This document shows positions 11,171 to 22,665 of a stretch of DNA of 64,000 nucleotides, in pieces. The notes below the pieces were generated by a model, which ran no database searches, was not told where the DNA came from, and worked only from the letters and a program-made list of their open reading frames with translations. Where the stretch lies: assembly GCF_009914755.1 (NCBI RefSeq), contig NC_060925.1; one strand, written 5' to 3'. The first letter of the stretch is position 1. Every line of letters starts with the position of its first letter. The position numbers and the translations under genes are program-made. The DNA is from the human T2T-CHM13v2.0 reference genome, Homo sapiens.

Positions 11171-13846
11171 GAAACGCAGGGACTGGCTGAGGGCAGCCCA
11201 ACATTGGTGGCTGAGGGTTTAGACCATCACACTCCAGAAAGTCAGAGTCACGGAAAATCTTTGCCCAGGAAGGCAACAGGTATATAAAAAGATACTTTTA
11301 GAGAGATCAATCTGGCTGCAGTGAGAGCAATGGGCTGGATGGGGCCAGGGCTGGAGGCACAGGTCAGAGTCTTTTGAAATGTGCTGACAACGCCCAGATC
11401 TCCATCTCCAGCCCTTAGGGTCGGTGCCTGGTAGGGATATTTACTGGAATCCGCATTAAAGCTCAGATGTCAATATGGATAAATTGAACTCATCCCCTCT
11501 GCAAAGCCTGATCTTCGCCCTTTTCCCCAGTCACTGGCATCTCTTCTGTCCTCATTACCTGAACTAGAACCCTCAGAATCGGCTTCCATTGGTTAAGACA
11601 TTCCTGATTCTTTTACCTATCCCCATTCGAATCCCCACTGTTTAGATTACTGTTCTTTTCTCCTAGAACTTCTGCAATAGCCTCCTAACAGTTTCCCTAC
11701 CTCCCATTTCTAGTCCCACAACCTGCCACCTACAATACCACCAACCTTGTCATATTGCCCCTAGGTTCAGAGATTTTAGTCCAAGGGTGCTCCAGCTAAG
11801 GCCGACATGACAGCCACAGTCTCTTTCAACTCCTCTCCCACCACACACACATATACACAGAATCAACGAGCTTCTAATATTTAGTTTTCATTCATGCCAG
11901 GGTTCGGGCCTGGTCCCTGGGGGCGCAGACCCCAGTCCTGCCCTGTTCCTCCAGAATCCTGAGCTTTAAGCACCATTTCCTGTTGCCCCAGGGAGCTGAC
12001 CCATGGCCCCTGACATATACTGAACTTGCAGACACACTGGGATTTGGCTCTGAATTTGCTAGGAGGCCCAGATCATGAGAGGGCTGTGGATGCAAACAGG
12101 AAGCGTCCCTGTGGGCCCCCAGAAATAACTGTCAGAGGCATGACTGGCGGGGGAGATGGGCAAGGGTCCTGCCATTATGAAGTGGGTTCCAAGAGTCAGC
12201 AGAGTTGAGGCATTAAAGTTTTCAGGACATTATTTGGGGCTGTTGGCTGCCAAGGCCTGAGGAAATATTGGTTATGCTTCCAAGGGCTCACAGTGACCTC
12301 CAGATAAAGCCCAAAGCCTCCTTCATAAGTCAAGTAATGCCTTTTTCCACCTGGCCACAAGCTAACTTGCTAACATGTTCTGACGCAGGGTCCAATTGCA
12401 GGAACCTTCCATGGCTCCCTGAACAAAACATCCCTCATGTCCTGCCTCCATGCCTTTGTCTTGTGGTCCAGCAGACAGTGACACATCTGTAGAGGTACAC
12501 GGCCTGGCAGGAGTCCAGGATGGGAACTGGGGAACAGCCAGGGGAAAGTCAGACAAGGTAGGTGGGGACCTTGAAGGCCAAGCAGAGACCATGCCTTATT
12601 TACCTTTGGCTCCCAGAGCCTGGCCCAGTGCCTGGCACACAGCGAGTGCCCAGTAGACAGTGACTGGCTGGAACCATGCTCACTTGCTTGCCCTCTGTCT
12701 AGCAGGTTCCTTGTCACATTGGGTGTGGAGGAGAGGAGAGAGCTTGGAGGCTGGTCAAGAACAAGTGACCTTGGGCCATCTCTACACTTCTGAGCTTGTT
12801 TCTCTATGCACAAGGAGTGGGGATAATAACTCCCACCTTACAGGACTATAGGACCTGATGCAGGTAAAGCATCTGGCACTATACCTGGCACATGGATGCT
12901 CGCTTGACACAATGTGGAATTTGAACCCTCTTTCAAAGACGGCTTTTAGCAACAAAATGGAACTACTTCACTAAAGAAGTAAAGAAAAAAAATTACAAAA
13001 TCCATCAGAGGTTTTAGAGATATCTGGCCCTCGATAATTTAGTTCTAATGGAATAAAAAAGCTAGAAGTTGGAAAACTGATCTCTACTTAGGCACAGGTT
13101 TGTTTATTCGTTTATTTCAGTGCAAAGTCAACAGTTCCTGGGATTTTGAGTAGCACTCAATGGTTCTATAGATGCAGGGTGAGTAAGCAGGCATACTGTC
13201 GCTTGGTGGCAAGCACTTTGTATGCATATATCTCACTATTAACAAGTATATGTATTAGCGCCAGGTGGCTCACATATCCACAAATACACAGGTGACACAG
13301 CCCAGCATGCGAGTGCAAGACAGTTTTGTGTTTGCACAAGACTAAGAGGTCCTTGTATGTAGATTCTGTCTTCTTGGACACTTAGTTGTTGAGAAATTTT
13401 TTGTTGAATTTTAAAAACTGAGATGATTTTCTAGTCATTCATTTATTCCATGATCAAGCCTGGCAATTAACTTGGTTGAATAAAGAAAAAGAAGAAGGAG
13501 GGAATGTGTGCATAAAAAGAGGAGGTGGGGAGGAGAAGGGAGAGGAGGCTGGAGAAGGAGCAAGCTAGCAAGCTGCTGGGCTATTCTATCCTAGTTGGGA
13601 GTGTCAGGCTCCAACACCCGGAATGCTATCAGGGTTCTCAAACAAAAGCCTCCTTTCTTCAGTTTTGGAACAGTTTATTAGCTTGAGGGAGAAGTCCACA
13701 ACAGTCCAGGCCTCTTATCAAATTGTATCAAACAACTCCACAGGTTGGGATTTTCTAGAAATCCTATCCAGAAATTTTGATTACAAATAAAATTATAAGT
13801 CTGACTGGAGTTCTGGATCTTCGATGTTAACATTGGTCTAATTTCT

Positions 13847-13985
13847 TTTTCATTTTTTTTTTTGAGACAGGGTCTTGCTCTGTCTCCCAGGCTGGAGTGC
13901 AGTGGCGCATTCATAGCTCAAGTGATCCTCCCGCCTCAGCCTCCCAGGTAGCCAGGACTACAGGTCTGCACCACCACACCCGGCC
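13847..13985 (-). mobile_element. Free Alu monomer (FRAM-like) with a perfect target-site duplication
   Basis: Single right-arm-type monomer flanked by attggtctaatttct at 13832-13846 and 13986-14000. Confidence 0.85.
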
Positions 13986-16743
13986 ATTGGTCTAATTTCT
14001 AAGCAAGGCCAGTGTCTTCCAATGAGCTCAGGGTGGGAAACCCCACGGGGGTTGGGCTGTGAACTGTACCAGGTGGCCCAAGCTGGGGGTCCAAAAAGAC
14101 AGATCCACATCTCAAATCCACTGAACTCTGGGAATCCCTGTGATGACCTGAGACCTGCATCATCACTGCCCCCAATAATGTTGTAAACATGTAAAGAAAC
14201 TGAATCCCCAAAAAGCACACTTTCAAAAGCACTACACAAAGCAGTCTGAACCCTTCCTCTGAAGAAGGCTGCTACATCTGGCATCGTCTTACAAGTAAAT
14301 CCAACCCGAAATGAAGTTCTTTGGAGAATTCAGAAACTCAGCCCTTTTGAACCCCTGCCTTGCGTTGAATTTCAAGCCAAGTTTACAACCAAATTCTGAA
14401 GTATATAAAGGACTTTTAAAGACCCAATTGGTATTTTTACAATTGAAAACCTGCATAAATTGATCATGAACCCAAAGAATGAATAAACCCCAATTACTTT
14501 CATCACTCTAAACCCTGCCCGAAGCTGAAAATAAAAATCCAGTTCTCCACAAGTTTGAAGACCAGTTACTTCTAGTACGAGCCCTTGGGTGTTTTCATCT
14601 AAAGTAGAACAGAAAGAACAGGAATGGCACTTGTGGCGATCCTAAAGCCTTGCAATGAAATAATTAGTAGATTGGTTCTGTTTCACCTTTTACTGACACT
14701 TGCTGGTTTTGTGGCTTACTTAAAAATAGTTTATTTTATTATAATCCAAAGATAAATGAAGAAAGGTTTGAATTCACCAATCCTACTTTTCCCACTGGGA
14801 TGCTAGGCTAGAAAAATAGTTTCTTATGCTAATAACTGTGATTAAAGCCAAAGCATTTACTTAAATAATTAACTTTACAAATAAAAAAGTTCAAAGAGAA
14901 AAAAATTCATATTTTATATCCCTGTTGGGTAAACAAAACCAAATGTGAACGTGGGCAATTGGGCATCTTTGCCTGACCCAGCCCAGTGGGCACATGGTGG
15001 CCTGGCCAGCGGTCCAGGACGTTGCCAGAACCATAGCTAAGGAGGTGCCACTTGTACACAGCTGTCATGGATCTATATATTGATTACAACAGCTGCCCAA
15101 CATATGACAATAAAGTGTCCTGAGGAAAGGGTGTCTTACTCTTATTCACTCAAGAGGCACTCTACAGGCCAGCAGGGAGGGTCCCTGAGTGTGTCCCTGA
15201 GACTTCTCTGCCTTTTAGGTGTTGGACCCTTGGCAGATGAGGACCTCTGGCCTCACTGGGCCCCTTGCTATGAGCCAGCTCCTTCAAATTCTCTCATTAA
15301 AGCTCAGTGAAGCAGCCTTTGCAGAGAGCTTCCTAATCCATGCACACTTCACCCTTTTGGCTAAAGTTCTGCAGAAATAGTCAGGGGCTCCATTTTCAAT
15401 CAAGAGTTTGATAGTCACTGGAACACCGTGCCTTAAATGAAACCCAAGGACTTACTGCATGCCTGCCGTGCTACTCTGCCTCTCTGGCTAGATCTGAGGC
15501 AGCCGCAGCTGTGATGGAAGGAGGACTCCATGCCCTGCAGCAGTCACAGCCTTTTTGAGGAGACAAAGCATTTGAAGAGAATGTGCAGCAATAAACATCT
15601 ATCTTATCTGGGGTCAGTGAGGGTTTCTGGTCCCTTCTGACAAAGAAATTGGCAGCAGAGATTCCATAAAAATTTCAATAAGTTTTAGCATTCTGAAACA
15701 CTTCAATTAGTTTGATGTTAACGTTTAAGCACCTTGATGAAATAAATTTATCTCTTCCAAATCCTAGAAAGAATCTCCCTTTCGGCAAAGATTCTGCAGA
15801 TGGGTTTTGATGCCATTTTTCCATTTTGTAGTTAGATCTCTATCATTTATCACACTGTAGACCAAATGGTCGTTTTAGTGCCATTAAAAACTGATTTGCA
15901 ATTTGCTGTTAAATTAAGATGTTTCATTTTCCTACTGTATATGATTTTCCTTTTCACAGATGAGTGAGGATACAAGGGGCAATCAGACCCTAGTGCAGAC
16001 AAGAAAATACCATCAAAACCCCTAGAGATCCCAAATCTAAGAGATTTCCTTTTATTCATTATCAAACCTAATCAATCTCTTATCAAAAGAGGCTCAGAAA
16101 TCATGTATAGTAAATATGAAGAGGATATCTGTAGAACCCCTTGCTTATCAAAGTTCTGAGAAATTCCCATTAAATTTCTGTTATCCATGTGTGCAAACTA
16201 AAAAGACTAATTTAATTTTAATTTGTGCAGACTGAAGTCTTAGAGCAGAGCACTCTGTAAGCAGGCAGCAGTAACTTAATCCTACATGACAAACTAATTA
16301 CATTAGAATCATTGTGATAGGTGCCCATGCCTTCTTTGATGTTAAACCCCTGTTACCTTTGATCCACAGTCATTCTCTGGGCAAGGTCTCTTGCACACAT
16401 TCCCATCCTGCCAGATCATGAAGCTGTTGCTTTTGAAGCTCAGTTTTATTTTGATAGAACACCAAGGGACTGAAAATTATTTCTCACTGATTTTGTTCTG
16501 AAAACTTCGGGTAGAATTCTAAGCTTGACAGAATGTAGCACATACAACGCCAACAAATGTGGCTTCTTTTCTTCACTAAGATCACCCACTCACTGGTGAA
16601 ACTGCTCAATGTACTCATTGCACTGTAACGTCTCTCTCCATCCCTTCTTGACCCCAGTGAGTTTGCCCATCATGTTTCTTACCCCTTGATAAACATCATT
16701 TACCTACAGCCTCACTCAAAGCTCAGCTCCAAGGGGGTCTCAC

Positions 16744-16803
16744 CTTTTCGTTAATAGATAAACCGAAACACGATGAGATTTCCAACAGGCCATTTGTTAA
16801 CAT
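16744..16803 (-). CDS. Candidate additional BCAR3 alternative first coding exon: MLTNGLLEISSCFGLSINEK
   Basis: gcaagATG with A at -3, in-frame TAG 12 codons upstream, 20 open codons, strong donor GAAAAG|gtgaga in phase 0, locally retained CpGs. Confidence 0.5.
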
Positions 16804-18189
16804 CTTGCCACGCTGAAAGCCCTGGCGGGTACCTTCCGTCTAGATCAAATTTAGATGATGACTTCCTGGAGCAGCCCACAGAGGACCAGACATCCAAATC
16901 ACCCCAAGAGGCAGGCCTGTATTCTCATTCCTCCTAGAGAGAAGTCGGATGTGCCACACTTCAGAGGAAGGCCGAAGGTCAATGGGTGCACTTAATCATT
17001 ATTGGACTAGAGAAATGAAGGGCTTTGATAAAAGCTAAACACCAGTCCAACCTACTGTGAAAACCCTGTCTAAACTACTTTGCTCCCTTTAACCATGTCC
17101 TCGAGCGACTTTGAATAATATCTCTCTTGCTTTCACAGGGCTGGCACTTGGGTTAAAAGAAACAATGCAAGTGAAATATTAATCGCTGAGTTCAGCAGCA
17201 AGATTACACTCAGTAATAGTAGTGCTTTCTTAACATCTTTAAAGAATGAAAAGAACAAAGACTGCCCTGGCTAAGGCAGACCCTAATAAAAGAGTTTGAA
17301 AACCGGCTGATCAGAGTTCAAAATGCTAGAAGATCCAAGCCAGAAATCCTCACCACTGGTAATTCAATCTTGTTAATTCAACATCTTAATGCAAATTATG
17401 AATGATCTGGAACACAGCTATTCATCAAACCAGATGTCCTATTTGCTCTTCAATAAGAATGTCAGCAAATCAAAATCAACTTAATTCAAATACTCTCATT
17501 TCCTAATTCACCTTGAATGAATGAGATGAATTAGGAAAAGGAGAGTACTGAATGAACAAAATGCACCGTAGTTGAAAGACACCCAAAGATGTAATTGGAA
17601 GGAAAAACAAGATATGCCAAACACATGGAGGAAAAGCCAAAGATTCAGACAGCCTTCCAGCGTGGGGTGTAGAACAAATGACTTTCAAATTCTCTCTCTC
17701 CAAAATAGTACCATGACTAACTACCATCTTAGAACTCTGCTCTGGGACAAAGCGCATCACATGTCAGTGCTAAGTACGCAGCAGGCTTGCAGTAAAACAA
17801 AATGATTCATCACAAGATGGGTTTTGGCCAGACATCAACTGCACCACTTTCAATATACAACTCACAGGTCACTTTAAAGGTATATTCCTTCTAGAGGAGC
17901 TCAAAGCACTAGATACCCACATATCTCATTTAACAAGCATTTTAAAAAATGCAAACAGCAAACATCCTACATGTCATGCAGAGAAACAGAGAACCAGAAA
18001 CTGGACTTAAAGACACAAGATACTCAACCCAATACAACTCAGATCTCATGAGTTCATACAGCATTCCTGTGGGCTAAACAGTGAGCAAGAATGTTTACAT
18101 CTCACAAGAAAATAGGGTGGTGGTAGGGACAGAAAGAAAGAGACAGGTGAGAGTGGTGTTTAGAAGGTAATATCATGAAGACCTACTCA

Positions 18190-19200
18190 TTAATTACATG
18201 TGGAAAATGAATAGGAGGAAGGGGCATGGGCATTCCAGAAAGATGACTGAGCCACCAACATCCAATAAAAATGCACGAGGGCATAGTGGGTTTGTGGAAG
18301 AAGATGTAGAACTAAGGTCTGCTGGGCCTTCTGGATGGAGTCACTTACTGGGCCATGGGGTCCAGGTGCTATGGACATAGGTTGACTGGAGAGCCTATCT
18401 GGAGAACTACGGCTTGGGAGTCCTCAGTATAGAGGGGTATTCTATCCCAACTTTCACCAAACAGATGGGATACAGCATGAGAAGAGGGCTGGGGGAGGCT
18501 TTTCAGAGGCAGACTAGAAAGAGAAACCCAAGAAGACAGTAGGACTGGACAGGAAGGACACAGGAGAACAAACAGAATGCAGTGTCCTGGAGGTTGAGAA
18601 AGCTGATTTCAGGAAGAAATGGTCAACATTGTCAAGTGCTGCAGAGAGTTCCAATCATATCAGAATTGGACAGCATCCGCTGCACTTGGCAATGTGCAGG
18701 TCACTGGTGGCATAAAAGGGGCTGAGTGGCCAATGGAAAGGGAGGGAGTAAAGACTGTGTTAACTTACAAGTGAGAGTTTATGCATGTATGATATACAGA
18801 GGGACATAATAGACACTGGGGACTCCAAAAGAGGGGCGGAGGGATAGGGAGTGAGGGGCTGACAAATTACCCATTGGTACAATGTTCATTATTTGGGTGG
18901 TGAGTACATTGGAAGCTCAAATCCCACCGCTATGCAATATATCCATGTACAAACCTGTGCATGCACCCCCAGATCAATAATTTTAAAAAGACTGTTAACC
19001 AGCTTCGGGGTGGAGGAAGATGGGGACCAGGAATGAGCATGGAAACGAGGAGGGTTTTTAACATGGGAAAGACCACAGCATGTTTCTAAGCTAAGAGGAA
19101 ACACGATCTCGTTATGAGAGTTAGAAGGACAAGGCCTGAAGAGAAGGTGGAGGGAGGAAAATTAGGGTGAGCTGAACTAGGACAAGCAGGACAGATGGGA
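18190..19200 (-). mobile_element. L2 LINE fragment, interrupted by an L1PB piece
   Basis: L2-type purine-rich sequence including ggtcaacattgtcaagtgctgcagagagttcc. Confidence 0.6.
18765..18990 (+). mobile_element. 5'-truncated L1 (L1PB-like) 3' end
   Basis: gacataatagacactggggactcc...tatgcaatatatccatgtacaaacctgtgcatgcaccccc; TSD aaagactgt(gt)taac on both sides. Confidence 0.85.
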
Positions 19201-22200
19201 GGCTTCAGGGGCCCAGGGAGGACACAGGCATGAGTTAGGGGGATGCTGCTGCTGCTCCTCAAACTCATCCCACACATAGAGTCCAACGCCCAAGCTCTCA
19301 CTCACTCCGCATCCAAGCCACTTGCTGGGTCCCCACTGCCCTTAAAAAAAAAAAGGCCCAGCATGCTCTGTTCCCCAACCACCTCTATGGGCTCATCTCC
19401 TTCCACTCCTCAGCTTCAGCCTCAAGCTCCCGTATAGGAAGCTCTTTCCCTCTCCTGTGCCTTTTGTCCCTATGGCTCCTACAGTGTTATCTCCTTCAGG
19501 AAGTCCCCTGATCCAGGGCTGGGTTAAAGACCTCTCCCTGGATCTCACAATAGGCTGTGCATCCTTCCTGCCTTTGCACCCACCACAAAGCACAGCGTAA
19601 GCTGCTTGTATCTCCATCCGCCCACCAGACACAGCAGAGCTCCTTCGGGCGGAATGTTCACCTCTGTCTTCCCCCTCCTAGTAGGCCCTCAGTGCACATG
19701 CTAGGGGTAGGCTGGGGAAGGGCGATGAATCAATGGCTTCTGAGTCAGAGGCTGGATGGATAGTTCCTCAAATCTCATCTTACTGAGAATCCAGATTTTA
19801 CTCATCAGTCCTTTCTACATAACTATTTTTGTAAAAGCACACACATATCTAGAGTAGACACTGGGGAGAGTTCTTCTCCACAAGAACTAAAAGACATGAA
19901 ACATAGCACTTTCATGAGCTAGACAGAAAAATAGGCCATAAGATTCTCATGGCCAGAGCCAGATTTCAACAGTAGCTCCTGGCACTGTGGACACACACTG
20001 GAAATACAGCTGAGGCCAGAGATGGTGTCCAACCTCCTGAGGCTCTCCTTTCCTTCCCAACCAGGACAGGCTGAGTCTCCTCTGCTGTTCCTGGGGATAC
20101 CCAAGATACCCATCAGCTAAAAGGCCCCCAAGCTATCACTGACAACATCTTTAAACCCAGCAACAGGCCTGGGTCCCCCGTGCACTGCTGACCTCTCGCG
20201 CAGGCTGTGCGGGGAGACCTTTGTGGTCGGAGCACACCAAGCCTCCAGCGTCCTCCCCAGTGTTTAGCATGGCCCATCCCTCTGCAGTCCTGGAGGTGCT
20301 GAATCCACTAACAGAATTTTCCCAAGATCCCAATCCCGTCTCTGCTTCCCACTTAGGTCTCTCCAACAAAAACAAGTTCTTGGCCAGGATCCCAGCTCCA
20401 GGGTCTGCTAGGGAACCGGGTCCTGGGACACAGGCTCTGTCAAGCATGTCTTTCCCCTGATATTGAAACCAGATCCCACCCAACCAGATGCCAATGGAAT
20501 GCATTTAAGCCTCTTTCAAAAAGCTACACTGTCCTTTCTTTTTGGAGGGCTGGAGAGATAAGTGAGCAACTAGCAGCTGCCACGAGGAGGGGCTGAGTTA
20601 CTTGGAAAGACATTTCCTGCAAGGCTTCTTCCACCTTGCGCAGCTCGTGCTGATGGTGCATCTGCCCCACTGACAAAGGCAACTCAGGCCATCGTCAATG
20701 CTGGGATGTGTCACCAGTCCCCAAGCTGTCACCGTAACAGACAGACCAAATGACCAGCCACAGGGAAGATGAGCAGGGCCTCTGCTGCACCACACACACG
20801 CACCGCCACAGAAAGACAGTTTCACATGAAACCAAGTTCCAGGGGCCTGGCACTCTAGGATGGGCAGATGTGACTCCTCAGGCTGTAATATGGATTCCAA
20901 GAGGCTCCAGATATTTTTTTCAGGGTAGGGGAAATGACTTTAAAGGAAAACAAAAAAGAAACAATACTACATAGCACTTCCTGGCTGCAAAGACAGTCGA
21001 ATATAAGTCTAGGAAAGCACATGTCTAACATCCCTGCCTTCTGTGGCTGCTCATTGACAAGACCATGGCCACTAGACTTAAGGCCTGGTTAGCTGAGACT
21101 TACTGATTCCATCTATCCACAGGCACCACACCCCAACCTCTCTATCTGCGCTCTTTCAGAAAGGTGGCTTTTCCGCCCTTGCAAGGTAATTCCCGTCTCT
21201 TAGGTTCCTCTGACACAGGCACCCCTGACCTTCCTCAGGCGCAAACATTGACAAAGTGACAAGTTTCAGCTCCTTTGTCCCCTGTCCACAAAAATACCTA
21301 AATAAATAAGTTACTAACAGTCAGAGACACAAGGGGCCAGAAGAGGTAGGGGTTTGTTTCCAGTGCCAGCCCCAGAAATGTGACCCATTGTGCTTTTTAC
21401 CAAGTTCCTCCTCTAGCTCACCAGGGACCTGGGGGCGGGCCTGCCAGCGGCCACTCCCTGTGCTCCCCTTCCAGGCTGATGCCTCCCTGCCTGCCCACAC
21501 CGGGGTACTCCACGTCTCTACACTTTGTGCGTGCTCCTCTCTCCACGAAGAAGGCCAATTCTCCTCCTTCTCTGGATAACTTCGACTAATTCACCAGACT
21601 CAGCAAAGGCTCTGCCTCCCTGCAGGAGGCCATCCCTGATCCTCGCCACTCCTGCCCCATCTATGCCAGGCATGTGCCTCCAGGGAGCCACAGCACCCTC
21701 TAAAGAGAGCAACACCAAATCAGTGATAACCGATCGTTTCCTTCAACCAGAGTTAAATGTCTGCAGAATGCCCACCAGGCATGGTATTACAGCAGAGATC
21801 CCCACTGGACCAACAACTCCCACTGGGTCCCCAGCACCGACACATCCGAGGTACCACAACCGGTGACTGCTGAGCTGAACTAAGGATGCAATGGGATGAA
21901 AGCCAATGGGGAAATGTGCCTCAAATACTTATTAACCCCTGGTACAGGAGGCCTGGCTGCTGGGATTATTCCTAGATCCTCTGTGACTTCTCTGACCATG
22001 TCACACACTAACCTTCCCAGTGAACCTTCTGCTCTGAGCAGGCCTGGCCTTCTGCACTCCTGCAAATGCCAGTGGCTTTTCTATCTCTGAGCTACTGGGT
22101 CTGCTGCTCCCCCAGGCTGAAATGCCGTCCCTATGCCATTCTTTTCTTTGTCCATCCAAATCCCCAGTTATTAAAAAAAGGAGAAAAATTTAAAAGGGGT

Positions 22201-22396
22201 TACCTGTTCTTAAAAACAAACAAACAACAACATCAAAAACAAAAACAGTCCCACATCCTCCCTGAAGCTTTCCTAAAAACTAAGGCTCACACTGTTCTCT
22301 CCCAACTGAACTGCAAAATAAAGTATTAACATACACAATATCATCTTATTTTAGGCGTCAATTGTCTTAATATAGTACAGTAGAAAGAACGCTAGC

Positions 22397-22665
22397 AGCC
22401 AGGCATGGTGGCTCACACCTGTAATCCCAGCACTTTGGGAGGCCGAGGTGGGCAGATCACCTGAGGTCATGAGTTCAAGATCAGCACGGCCAACATGGTG
22501 AAACCCTGTCTCTACTAAAAATACCAAAAATTAGCCAGGTGTGGTGGTGGGTGCCTGTAATCCCAGCTACTCAGGAGGCTGAGACAGGAGAAGGCGGAGG
22601 TTGTAGTGAGCCGAGATCACGCCATTGCACTCCAGCCTGGGCAACTACGTCTCAAAAAAAAAAAA
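22397..22665 (+). mobile_element. Alu (AluS-like, internally deleted) inserted in a MIR
   Basis: Alu sequence; TSD agaaagaacgctag / agaaagagcactag. Confidence 0.92.

Noticed and set aside
17512-17757. 82-codon minus-strand ORF ending SFK AAG|gtgaat in phase 0
   Set aside because: The donor is moderate and the composition is not protein-like. Treated as chance unless junction reads exist.
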